A stretch of DNA of 64,000 nt from assembly GCA_051362555.1 (NCBI GenBank), contig CM120640.1, forward strand, positions 25,964,225 to 26,028,224, read 5' to 3'. The stretch comes from Lingula anatina (Eukaryota; Animalia; Brachiopoda). The position numbers and the translations under genes are program-made. The notes under the pieces are model-generated. The model made no database searches, was not told the origin of the DNA, and saw nothing but the letters and a program-made list of their open reading frames with translations. Shown here in pieces: positions 39,501 through 51,344 of the stretch. Every line of letters starts with the position of its first letter. Position 1 is the first letter of the stretch.

Positions 39501-39915
39501 CATCTATAATTACCTCCAAGTTAAAAACCGTGTGGAAACCCAATATGCACCCGCTGATTACTGTATTTGATAGCTTTGAACCTACTAACATTCATTTATT
39601 TTTTCTTCAGCCAAGAACCCACCACCCCTGTGCTTTGCCATACCACACTTGAAGGACTTTGCCAGTCTCTGCATAAAGTTCTACAATCTGAGTGTTTCTA
39701 GCTCCAAATTATCTGGCTGTGTCAAGATCCAGGCTCGTCTTTACCACGTAGACATTGAAGACATTCCACTGGGATGTTTTAAACTGGGTAAAGGAGTTAA
39801 TGTGCTGTATGGAAGTGATCCATCCAGGTACTTGCAGATAGTGCACCAACAAACTTTCCCCAAGAAGACAATACGAGCCCAAAATGACTTGAAATTGATC
39901 AGGCTAGTTGTTTAA
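36508..39915 (+). CDS. Secreted cysteine-rich DUF4773-domain protein (about 210 aa, 4 coding exons)
   Basis: Exons 36508-36637, 36989-37099, 39000-39092, 39611-39915 (all phase-1 introns). Signal peptide MKKCIVNVVIIAGLLTAVAES, then GCKCVNYNCGCCAH..LNETGCVNVSYLPDQYGISLTFSLNG..ETISAKNPPPLCFAIP..ASLCIKFYNL..GCV..LGCFKL, matching the DUF4773 pattern. The start may be ATG 36523. Confidence 0.85.
37497..38662. mobile_element. Non-autonomous Kolobok-type element in a DUF4773 gene intron
   Basis: TTAA|GGATGTAGATAACAG ... CTGTTATCTACATCC|TTAA (perfect 15-bp TIR). Confidence 0.88.
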
Positions 39916-40690
39916 AGTTTAGACCATTTGAATTCAAGATCAGGACGTCATGAAAAATAAGTGTCTGTATGCAGATCAGAATTGTGGCAGACTCCTAATG
40001 GAGCATGTGTAACAAACAAAAGTTTTTTTTAAAATTCCAGCACGTTTCCAGTAAAGTGCAAAGGTTCTCAAGTGAATGAGCAACTTTTAAATGCATAGGG
40101 AAAGTGTCACGCCAAAATGAGACGGAAGTTTTCTGACTTGATGATCTGGAAAACTGGTTTGTAAAATATTTAGACATTAGCAAATCAGCAAAAAGTATGA
40201 AAAATGCAGTTAGTGCCAGTTTCCTGGAGTATAGGAGTTGAGAGTTCACCCCCCAATGCAGTTTGTAATCACATTTAACAAGACAAAACAGAAAAAAAGA
40301 ACTTAATCCATTTCTTTATATTTTATTCATTCAGCAGGCTTATGTACATATTATTTTACAGTTTCCTCTTCACTTGAAATATCAAAATTGCTCCAAAAAT
40401 TACTGACATGAGAACTGAAACACTTCTTATGTAACGACTTGTAATTTTTCAGTTAAATGACATCTTTTCATTAACTTGCGCAATGCCCATTTAGATAATA
40501 ACCAGACAGACCTACAGGTCTAGTGCCCTGGAGAATACAAGATGATACAACTTTATACATTGACATTTTATTACAAGTAAGGATACTGACAAATATCTCT
40601 CTCTCTTATAAGATATGCACTTGTAATAGTATTCCAGACTTGATTTCAATAAAAGCATGGGTTTTCCTTCAGAAGTGGAAATTGTCAGTC

Positions 40691-43600
40691 TCACCAAGCA
40701 GAGCATGCTCTTTCTACAAAGTATGGATTTCTACCACTTAGAAATCTTATTTGCTGTATTCCTCTTTCTGTTTGACCTGAATTTAAATGATTTTCACAAT
40801 AAGGGAGGATTTTACAAACAACTGACACAATAAATGTACTTGACTTACTAAATGGGCTGCTGTCACCAATGAGGGTTAAAATCCGAGTTCAGACAGCCAC
40901 AATTTGCTCTAAGGGTACAGTTACTGTAATAACACTTAGCAAATTTCAGGTTCCATTGTCATTCCATTATAAAACTTTTTTCAGCACTTATCAACATTAT
41001 ATTGAGAGAATTGCAATGTCTGCCAAATGAAATTCTTTCAAAAAGATCTGGCAAATACTAAACCTACCCTTTTCTCCTTGCAGCCAACGGCGTTCCTTAA
41101 AATATTCTATACAACAGTGAAATTCCTCTTCAGAGTATAATTCTGTTTGAAATGGTATGAATGGATCCAATACTGCAAAACCCTGAGAAACAAAGAACTG
41201 GGTATATAGTTTATAAAAAAGCTACAATATTGTTAACAATTCTTTTTTTCAATACTGGTACTAGTACATGGCATTAATTTACGTTCTGACGAAAAAATCG
41301 AAAGACTTCTTACAAATCAATCATTTGAAACATCAATGGCTAATTGCTTTACGTAACATATTTATATTTTAATTGGAAAAAAAGACATTTTTTAACCTCT
41401 TTTCCCAATAGATATTTAGGTAAGTCTGATTCCCTCTTGTCTTCCTTGCTGGCATTTCTGTCCACCGTGAGTAGCACAGCACCACCAGCCTAAGTTATTG
41501 AAAAAAATATCACATGACAACAGCATTAACATCTAACTTAAAAACTGTTCATGATACTACAGTGGATTTACAATTCATTGTTATAGTACATAATTCATAT
41601 TAAACACTCTATTCTTACTGAGAAAATTTTAGTTGAAGTCAATAAATATCCTGAAATAAATGATACCAGAGAAATTCAGAAATGGCACATTATGCTAATT
41701 TTGTAAATGACATTCTTTTTACAACAATTTTGTACTTAATCTTAAATAGAAAGACAATGTAACAAACACTATGGTGACAAACATATACTGTTTATGAACC
41801 AAAATTTTATAAAAAAACCAACATATATTAGAGCTGAAAGTGATCATGACAGTTTTAAAGTCTCTCTTAAAACTCATCTTGTAAGACTCTTTAATCTTTT
41901 AAACTACATTTGTATCATTTTAGTACTGTAATTTTAGAGAATTTTATATTATATACCTGTAAAGTGCACTGAAATGCATTATAATGCACTTTATATCAAA
42001 TAAATGTCATTTACTAAATAACAAAGAACAAACCCAATCATTTTGCAATAACTTCATGAAATGTTGCACAAGCCCAATTTGGGAACTTGGTCTCTGGAAA
42101 AAAATTATTCAAAACTACACAAATTATATCATGTTTGATGTGCTGGGTACAGCAATTAACTTTACAATGGAGAAGGGACTGGCATTGGTTTGTGTGTGAT
42201 ATCAAGAAAGGGGCATGGATTAGTGTCGAAAGCAACATGCTTGAAAATAAAATGGAACTGTAAAATTTGCCAATGCCAGATTTAGCACTTTTCTACCTGG
42301 TGATGCATTGATATGAAAAGTTAATGTATTTAAATGCAACTACTTATAATTAATAAGAATAACTTGGTACATCTAATCAGGTGGTTCTTCAAGAGAAAAA
42401 ATAAACTTCATAAATAAACCCATTTTAAAACTAATAATATAATTTTCTATCCCATTAATATTTGATCATCACATGTCAAGCAATAGGATAATCCAATATG
42501 GACTTTTGCAAACTCACAAACTCTCCTGGTGCAACTTTTACAGTAGTATCTTGAAATAAGGAATTCACACCATCCACAACCACCAGAACCTTTAACCTGA
42601 AATCAAAAGGAAGATATATGTTTGCTCTTTGTCTAATAACCATAGTGCTTCTACATGATCCAACATCTTGATAATATATTTCAATACATTTTTTCCATTG
42701 GTTGTTCTCATACCTTGACATAGGCTCATAGCAGGAATGGCTTAACTGACACTGTAGAAAAAAACGAACTTTTGGGAAAGAATGGTTTGAATGCTGCCAA
42801 TTGCCTTTGTATAGCTAATGTTATCCCGGACCGAACTTGCCCAGTTATTGTGGACTCCCATGAGTTACTGTTAATTTTTGTTGTTGTTGTTGCTGTTGTT
42901 GTTGTTGATCCATTCCCATTCTGAGCTGCGCATAAACAGGAAGTAAAAACATCATAACCAGACTGCTTGCCACCCATGTCAGGAATCTGGTATTCTCAGG
43001 TTTGCCCTGCTTTGGCCTTTGCCTTTGTAGAAAATTTAATGCTGAAGTCAAAATGTACACGACGGCTGAAATAATAGGTAAATAATTGGTCGTACTTACC
43101 CTAAATCTGCTGCTTGCTTTTTCACTTCTCTGATAATCATGCCAACTATATCTGGGATGTGCTTCTCTCTATCTAACCCCTACAGTGAGAAAAAAAGGAA
43201 ATAGATGGAACACCTTTATTTTAACGGATTTGAATATGCTCCAAAATGGTTATAAACATTCTCCTTATATCTGAAAAACAATGTTCTCATTAAAATTTTC
43301 TCAAATATTGAAACAGGCACAAATAACATTTCTAGCTAAAATATTTGTACAATCAACTGCCTCCTTTTCTAGTCTGAGGTATTCTTGGTTGTAAAATAAT
43401 TTTTGTCGCTAATTTGGGTTATTACTACCTATATATATACACATATGTAACTTAACTTCTGGTTTTTACAACATAAGCTTTATACACTTTTTTAACCTGC
43501 ACCAAGGAGGTTATGTTTTCACCCCTGTTTGTCTGTCTTTCTTTCTGTCTGTTTGTTTGTCATCAACATAACTCCAAAAGTTATGGACAGATTTTGATGA

Positions 43601-46600
43601 AATTTTCCGGGTAGATCAGAAATGGGTTAACTTAGAAGTGATTAGTTTTTGGTGGTGATCCAAATCAATAATCAATCAATAATCAAAAATCAATCATCGT
43701 CATAACTCAAAAGTTATGGACCAATTTTGATGAAATTTTCAGGAACTGTCAGAAGTGGGCCAAGAAAAAAATGATTAGTTTTTGGTGGTGATCAATAATC
43801 AAAAATTGCTGCCTTGGCGGAGGTCTGCGCTCTCAGAGTGCTTTTCTAGTTTCTAATACTGTAGTGTTGACTTGGGTAAAATGTAATCAAATTTGTTATT
43901 GTTCACAAACCATTTCTATCAGATCTGTGATAGGAGTTCCTTCTAAAGATGAATCCTTTTTTGTCCAAACACATTTCTTTGTCGTTTTCAACTGCAAAAA
44001 GAGTCACAAAATTAAATAATTTTCCAAAGAACATTTTATAATGTCTTGAAAATTGTTATTGCAACTTCAATATCAAATATATATAAAAAGCATGTTTTTC
44101 TGCTACGAATAATAAAATATTAAAAGATGTGCAAGTTGATCATAGATGTATTTAGTATTACTTAATTCTTCATCCTTTCTTAAAGCAGTTGGATAGAAAC
44201 TTATGTATAACATTAAAATGGTGTAAATATCACTTCTGTTGAATTGCTATAATAATTACATAAATACAATGTATGATTACAGCTGTCCACACTGTCAATA
44301 ATTACTTCACCTTTTCTAAATGATGTTGATTCAATTTCCTGAATGAATTCATCCACTTCAATGACTCAACCAATGTGTCATGACGGTCTTCCTTATAAGT
44401 TGATTCTTGGTAAGTTGCAGGAAACTGATAAATGTGTTTAGCTGAAATTAAAAAAAAAAGGTGAGAGGCTAGCTCAACATTACCTATTGAGTACGTGGTT
44501 CATGCAATAAAACTGATACTGTCACATTATATAGCAAAATAGGGTGTCATCGCTTCAGCAAAAATAGGATTCAAAAAGACATTCTTGCACTGAGTTTATC
44601 AAAACATCTTCAATCATTTCTTGATCAATATAGCTAGTTACTTACGCCATGGTACATGAATAATCATGAAGTCTTCCTCTAGGGCATAATGTGCAACATG
44701 AGCCAGGGTTGTACTTTTGCCTGTTCCTTGGGGACCATCTTGTACATGTTAAGTGATAAATGCCAAAATTTTTGAACGCAGAAAAGTGATTACAAATGAT
44801 AGGAAGGAAACCCAAAGAAGTGGAGAGAAGCAAACAAAATAAATAAACAATCAAAGGCAAAGAAGCACCACAGAATCTGACTAGACTTGTGGAAAGGAAA
44901 ATGACAACTGTGGGTTGTACAAGCTGTATCAAAAGCATAAGAAAGTAAAACAAATAAATAAAATAATCACTGCGTATAATTTAATGAGTGGCAAACCAAT
45001 TTAAAATCTTAAATACTCATTAAATTACCTATAGATTTGGAATGCATTTAATAGTATCAGTAACATTTCCGACTACAGTCATTCTGATAAAGCGAACTAA
45101 AGTAAAAATTCCACAGGGAGCAGCTAGGAGCAGTCATAAAAACAAAGGCTTTTTAATCCTTAAAGCCTTACTAAATTTTAATTCTAAGCTATGAAAGAAC
45201 ACTGTTGAATTGAAGGGAATTTCAAATTACTTACCTGGAAAAAGCAAGAAAGTAATTTGAAATTGCCTTTGTGATTCAGTTCAAATTCTAATAAAATGTG
45301 ATATTTCATTACAAACTGCAATTATTATTTATTTGTACTATGGAACTAACATACAACATGTTTGTATTGTGTCCTACTTTGAAGTGTTTTTCTTTAATTT
45401 AATTTTTTTTTAATTGCTGTTGGAAAAGATAACTTACAGATCACCTCTTAATTTGTCATTTGATCAGACCCATGAAAGTTCAAAGTCACACCATGAAATA
45501 CCAATTTGTGAAAAATGAAATAATCACAAAAAAAGAAAGAAAAAACTGGTGTCTGTCCACAAACAAATAAATATAGCTATTAAAAAATGTACTTTTGGCT
45601 TTAAATATATAAAAAATAAATAACAAGTCAATTCTTACAATTCTCTTGAACTGGAAACAATCCAACATATAACACCAAGTCATAATTTGATATTGACAAA
45701 TTTAGGAATATACCTGTATCAATATGTGCCTGAGTAATAGTGGTGTGCAAAGCTTTGGCTCAAGTTCCAATAATTTTCTAGCAATACCAACAGATGCAGT
45801 GATTGCTTTAGGCACATGCAAACTGTGTCCGAAAGCAAAAAATACTTCCGTAAATGTAAAGGATACATATTACATATTTGATAACAGGATCTTTATAATT
45901 TGCACTTTTCATCAAGTCAATTATCTCTAGGGCTGGTTTTCTCACCATTATGCTGGTTTCATTAAAGGTGTCAAACTGAAAAATAAAAGGACTAAAAATA
46001 CTGAACTGAAAACATAAGTCAACATGATACCTGATGAGAAGCCCTATAAACACAAGCAGTGAAAAACTTATGCTAAGTTCAGTATCAGTAAAGCTCACAC
46101 AAAAAGTCCACCATACAACAGGGGAACTGATATCCTCTCTCTTTCTCTGACAACTTGCAGACAGAGTTGTATTTAGGAAGCTAAATTTTGTAAAAAATCC
46201 TGACTAGGAACACAAGAATTTTAAAAGTTCAGCAAGCCAGGTGCAGTGATGCTGGATTGCACTGTGATGCACCATGATAAACCTGTCTACCCCTGTGCTC
46301 CAAGGTTGACACTGGGCAGCAGTGTGGTACTGTTGACAATTTACCTTTTTATGATTTATGTAGACAACAATATACTAAAACTGAGAAACACTGCCACCTC
46401 TGGTAAAGACTAAATAGTGTAAAAGACCACTGACTGTGATGAAATCAAGCTAAGATTTTTAATTCTTAAAGTATATTGTTGATCCCTGAAAAAACACAAA
46501 TATCCATATCTGATAAAATTATTCATTTTAACAGATACCAAATTTTTATAACTAGAAGGTGTATTACCAAGAGTTGCACTTTAGCCATTACCTTATTTAT

Positions 46601-46673
46601 TTTAATTTAATATGACCTACAGTCAGTGACATTTAAAGTGACCACAATTGAAAAAATAAACAATATTTTACGG

Positions 46674-46726
<53 letters not shown>

Positions 46727-48741
46727 TCCTTACCAATTGCAATAACTTAGGGTTAAGCCAACCTCTTGTAAATACTTTTTTTGCTATTGGTTCTGGAACA
46801 GTATAAAACTGCCCTATTTGGTCTTTTGTTTGATGTGCCTGAAGAAAAAATAATAAAAATTGTGCCTTTATATAACTTCACAATGTATCTGTTATTAAAA
46901 ACATTTTATCACCTGTTTATTTAATGATGCCATGAGTTGTGTCTTTCTCTTATGTCTTTCTCTAATGTCAACATAACTCTTTGGTGCTCTATCAGCATAA
47001 AATAACATTTATGTTTTGCCTGAGCATATAATTTACCTTTGCAGAATTAATGTCTAATTACTCAACTGAAAAGTTATTTACAACGCTACCAAGTCCAACC
47101 AGATATTCACAACCAGATGATCCACAGATTAAATATAGCTGACCCATTTGAAAGCTTGATGTGTAATCCCCTAACAGACACTAAATAGATTCCCTGTGAG
47201 GATTACACAGCAAGCTTTCAAGCGGGTCGGCCATCCTTGATCTGCTGATCTGTTAATCCCCAGACCAACTCTGGTTGTGGATACAGCCCAAGGCACATCC
47301 AGTACTATGCTGATGGGACAGTAACAATTTGTCAACTATAAAATAAACAAAGAAATAAAACATCAAATTCTTTAGTGAACGTAAATTGATACACACTACC
47401 TCTTCTCTATGATTATTATTCATGTGCACAAATCCTTGTATATACATTAACTCATATACATTTAAAACTCACTGGGCTTGACACAGTTGTCCTGCAAACT
47501 CTAGGCCTACGTGGTTTGACGTCCTGTTCTGTTCTAACATTATCATTACCATTCACAATACTGGTGCAGCATCGGTAATGGTTCAAGCATACTTTTTTAT
47601 GAGGAAAAGTATAACCTAGAAATAAAAAGATTAAAACATTTTATGACACTTAACTGACTTTGTTCATGCACTTGAACAGATTGTAAAGCTTAGTGCTGCA
47701 AAGGATTATTCTCTTAAACCCATGCTATCAAATGCACCATTACTGTCCATGTGATATGCCCAAATAAATTATAAAGAGACTGGGCTTAAGATGACCTTTT
47801 GACAATGAACAGACTGTTCAGAAAAAAAAAATTGTGTTATTAAGTGATTTAAAAAATATACATATTTACGGGATCATTTTGGACAACATTGTTAAATTTT
47901 TAAGATAAAGTATTGATAAATCTAAAATCCTTTGCAGCACTAAGCTTTACAATCTATTTCTTAAAATTTATACAAGGTTATATTATTAAACTAACTTAGA
48001 TAATATTTTTGATAATTTGGAACAGCAACCAATTAAGAACTATCTGGCCTCATATTATAACTTAAATTTTGGTACATGGCATTGACAGTTTCTCCAGAAA
48101 TGGATAGGAAAATATGGGATTTAAGAAATTTATGCGCTTACATCTCTATTGATGGGAAAACTGGCTGGCTGTACAGTAATGTGCAAGTTGCGGAGATGAG
48201 AGGTAAGATTAAAATTTGAAAGCTCCCCGAGTCATGACGGGTTTGGTAACCAGCCCTCATTACACACTTTTTGAAGCCTTTTTTCATGCACTAGCAGAGC
48301 CAGTATATATCAGAATTGTCAATAAGTGTGCTAGCACATGAATTTCGTACTAAAGATTTAAATGACTGGCCTGTTGTTTACTAACTTTAAAACTAAATCA
48401 AATCCAAGTGCAAGGGCGGGTCCAGCAATGATTCATGAGTAGGAGAAATTTGCTTTTCGCCAGAGGAAAATTCATTATGGCGGGTAAATCCCGTACAAAA
48501 TACCTTTATTAATTAATCTACGCTGACCAAGTGCAGGATCACCTTGGCAATATCATGCAGTGCAATCAAAAAATGTCATGGTATCATATTATTTGACAAA
48601 AAGTTTGTTCAGTGCTTAATAAATAAAAAAAACCTATCAAATACATTTTAACAAACAGTAACTGACTTGTTAATGCTTACCTATTACTCGAAAAATATTA
48701 TTTTGGCCCACAATCATGTTTTTCAACATGGAGGCTGCCAT
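40691..48741 (-). CDS. DAP3: Mitochondrial small ribosomal subunit protein mS29 / death-associated protein 3 (13 coding exons)
   Basis: Exons 48741-48681, 47615-47473, 46838-46734, 45975-45867, 44738-44646, 44441-44311, 43991-43911, 43179-43100, 42596-42518, 42093-42034, 41489-41397, 41182-41068, 40776-40691. Motifs TFNETSIMVRKPALE, P-loop YGPQGTGKS, LVVVDGVN, NDWAGGAV, LPKYLLGKEGFAVLDPFIP, FLSGRNP. Confidence 0.95.
43489..43850 (+). mobile_element. HINE / DINE-1-like non-autonomous Helentron in DAP3 intron 7
   Basis: T-rich start, 5' subTIR ACCTGCACCAAGG followed by GGAGGT, (GTCT/GTTT)n microsatellite, duplicated CATAACTC..AAAAGTTATGGAC..ATTTTGATGAAATTTTC unit, 3' subTIR CCTTGGCGGAGGT, hairpin GCGCTCTCAGAGTGC and terminal CTAGT. 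Confidence 0.88.
44739..45866 (-). other. U12-type (minor spliceosome) GT-AG intron in DAP3
   Basis: The 5' splice site reads GTATCCTTT. A branch-site-like TCACTTAAC lies 9 nt from the 3' end with no polypyrimidine tract. Splicing joins KYVI-T|AT-GPQGTGKS in frame. Confidence 0.9.
46676..46724. repeat. (CA)n microsatellite
   Basis: About 24 CA units next to the DAP3 exon 3 donor. Confidence 0.95.
47125..47244. repeat. Imperfect palindrome with arms of about 45 bp (probable small MITE) in DAP3 intron 2
   Basis: CAGATTAAATATAGCTGACCCATTTGAAAGCTTGATGTGTAATCC pairs with GGATTACACAGCAAGCTTTCAAGCGGGTCGGCCATCCTTGATCTG. Confidence 0.7.
47678..47955. mobile_element. MITE with perfect TIR of about 30 bp in DAP3 intron 1
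   Basis: AGATTGTAAAGCTTAGTGCTGCAAAGGATT ... AATCCTTTGCAGCACTAAGCTTTACAATCT. Confidence 0.85.
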
Positions 48742-49218
48742 TTTACTGTTGCATGGTGGGAGTTTTCATCTTACTTTGAATTAATCTGTAATTTTAAACA
48801 CGTTATTATTGGTGACGCATTTTTATAGAAAAATAATAAGAATGTGTTTCTTAAATCCAAAATACGCTTACTTAACAACAGAATTTAAATTGACATTTTA
48901 AAATGAGACACGTAAGGACTTTTAAATTTACACATCATTTTGTTAATATTAGATTTTTTAAAACTATTGTGCATTTTTTTGCCCAAATACCTTATCTAAA
49001 ATATATAAATACACTCTAGTTATGAATTTTACTCTTTTATGCATATTATTTTCTCTAAATTTTATGATCAAATATATGTATTCCTTTCTTGCTTCAAACC
49101 ACACAGCGCCATTTTGATACACAGAGGAGAGCTCCTGTGTTCTAATGGGAAGTTGTTTATTGACCAATATTACTGTGTCTACCCATTAAGATCTTTCAGA
49201 ACGACTTGCAGTTGAAAG
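48742..49218. promoter_or_regulatory. Bidirectional promoter DAP3 / ASH1L-like, including the non-coding first exon of the plus-strand gene
   Basis: DAP3 ATG at 48741 lies within a YY1-like AAAATGGC. YY1 motif GCGCCATTTTG at 49106-49116; strong donor AAG|GTGAGT at 49218; downstream acceptor TTTCACAG at 50031. Confidence 0.7.
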
Positions 49219-50153
49219 GTGAGTGAATGGGGCGCTGTATGATCATCGTTTTTCTGAGTAGCTTTTTGTTGGATCTTTCCTGAATGTTTACCTGTCCACC
49301 TACACTGTGAATGTTGTCTCTCCGAGTTGATACTTAAACTACTTACTCAGTAATTTTGCCAACGTTTGATGTGCTAACATTGATATTAATAACATAATTA
49401 AATCTGGTCAGATAGCAGTAATTCAAATTTTTCATGTAGTTACCGTACCTCAAACCTTATTAATCAATCTGATGTTCATGATGTAGGTAAGCATTTTCCA
49501 TAGCACAGTTATTTGATATATATTTGTTTAGATATTTACAAACATACGTTTATTACTGCTTTGTGACTGTTTGATTTAGCTTAAAGCAGCAAGAATTTTC
49601 CTCGAATGTATATCGTACAGCAACAGAGCTTGTAGAGTTAAGCCAATCACAAATATGCATCAACTTTCCCCCCCACAAGATAAGAGCTTCCAGACAATTG
49701 AATGAGGTTGAAATGAATGAATATATTTTGTAAACAGTTACATGTTGCATGATACACACAGCATTATCAAGTTCAATTGTTGTAAAATGCCTTATACCAC
49801 CTCTTTGTGAATTTTAGCTTACTTGCTGTGCGCTGTGTGTATGTATGCGCAGTTGGACAATGATATAATTATGGCCTTGTAAACGTGTCTAAATATATAA
49901 ATGAATATTTTAACAGAGTTGGGTCTGTGAGGTGGCCCTTTTGTTCAAACACATAATATCCCAGTTTTTTTTTTTTTTTTTTCTTTCATTTTAGTAATTT
50001 TGATTTACATAGTCAGATTTATATTTCACAGTTGTAGATTGCCAAGCTACTTCTACAAATCCAACAAGCACATTTGATCTGAGTGATACCTGTGCAGCAC
50101 TGAAGCAAGGCACAGGGCCAATGACCCCGTGATCCCTGAATCTGTTCCTTGAC

Positions 50154-50504
50154 ATGGAACAAAATGAAGAGGATGGACAACCCAGGCCCACTGTGGGCCA
50201 GGGTCCTTGTGAAGCAGAGGAGGAAGAGGAGAAGAAACCCAGCACCAGTGACTCTGAATCTGGGAGTGAGATAGATGAGACTCATGAGCGCCATTTCTCC
50301 ATCAGCAATTTTGATCAAGGGCAGCTGAAATTGAAGATATCTACAAAGCTTGTGAAAAAGTCACCAAGGGAAACCCCTACCACAGAGGATGGAGGTGAAG
50401 ATATGATGAAGTTTGCTGGGAAGACAGCTGGACAGGAGTTACCTTGTAATGAAGAGAAGGCAGGACATTCTGAAGTCCTGTTGGATACTGAAGATCAGAA
50501 AAAG
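50154..50504 (+). CDS. ASH1L: First coding exon of a probable ASH1-like histone H3K36 methyltransferase (partial; rest lies beyond the window)
   Basis: 117-codon acidic, low-complexity exon ending AAG|GTGAGT (phase 0). It contains HFSISNFDQGQLKLKISTKLVKKSP, resembling the vertebrate ASH1L N-terminal FSVKETNFSEGNLKLKI...KKPP as I recall it. It sits head-to-head with DAP3 and is followed by a very long intron. No SET domain in the window, so the identity is inferred. Confidence 0.7.
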
Positions 50505-51277
50505 GTGAGTTGTTTTTCCTTTCTCTCTGTTGCTCTTTTATGTTTTTTTATATTGGTTAAAAAGGAAAATGTTGAAATTTTAACTCAATTTAGTGCTTTT
50601 ATAGGATTTTGAGTTTAGAAGTTTAATTGAACCAGTATATATTTCTTGTAATTGTAAATATTAAAGTAATATTGCCTTGCTTTTATTACTTTCATGCATA
50701 ATGATCAGTTTCTTTTTAATTGGAATGTGATGAAGGTGGCACATTTTATGCAGGCTGCCTTAAAAAAAATTGATATGAGATAAGGGCATACAATCATCAT
50801 ATGATGTTTTGTTGGCATGCACAGTTAAACTACTTCATTCCCTGTGTGTGTAATTTTTAATTGTCAACTTTCTTGACTGAGAAATTGTATTGGATGGACC
50901 ATATCGTTTGATTGAAACATTTGAATATACTGCCAGATTACCATACATCACACACAATCAGGTAGATTAATAAAGATGGAATGAGGTATGCTATTTGTCA
51001 TAATCTCATCTTCTCTACAATGGAACAGCTCTGCATTACAGGTCAGGCAGCTAATTGGACCTGTCATCTGGAGATTGAAATAATACCAAGGCCTTGCAAT
51101 ATCAGTATTAATCTCAGGCCCTCAGGACAAATTATGCTTTATCCTAGATAATTGGAGTAGTGGAATACACAAGTGGCATTGCTGGCAGATAATTGGAAAA
51201 ACAGTAAACCTGCTTGTGGGTTGTGTTGTGTTTTTCTTGATTCAACTGACTAGAAATGTAAACATCTCTTTTAACCT

Positions 51278-51279
<2 letters not shown>

Positions 51280-51340
<61 letters not shown>
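51280..51340. repeat. (AT)n microsatellite
   Basis: About 30 AT units. Confidence 0.95.

Positions 51341-51344
<4 letters not shown>

Noticed and set aside
42726-43060. ORFs with poly-Q / poly-T(hr) runs inside DAP3 intron 8
   Set aside because: They arise from a (CAA)n-like microsatellite; DAP3 exons 8 and 9 join in frame without them and there is no recognisable domain.
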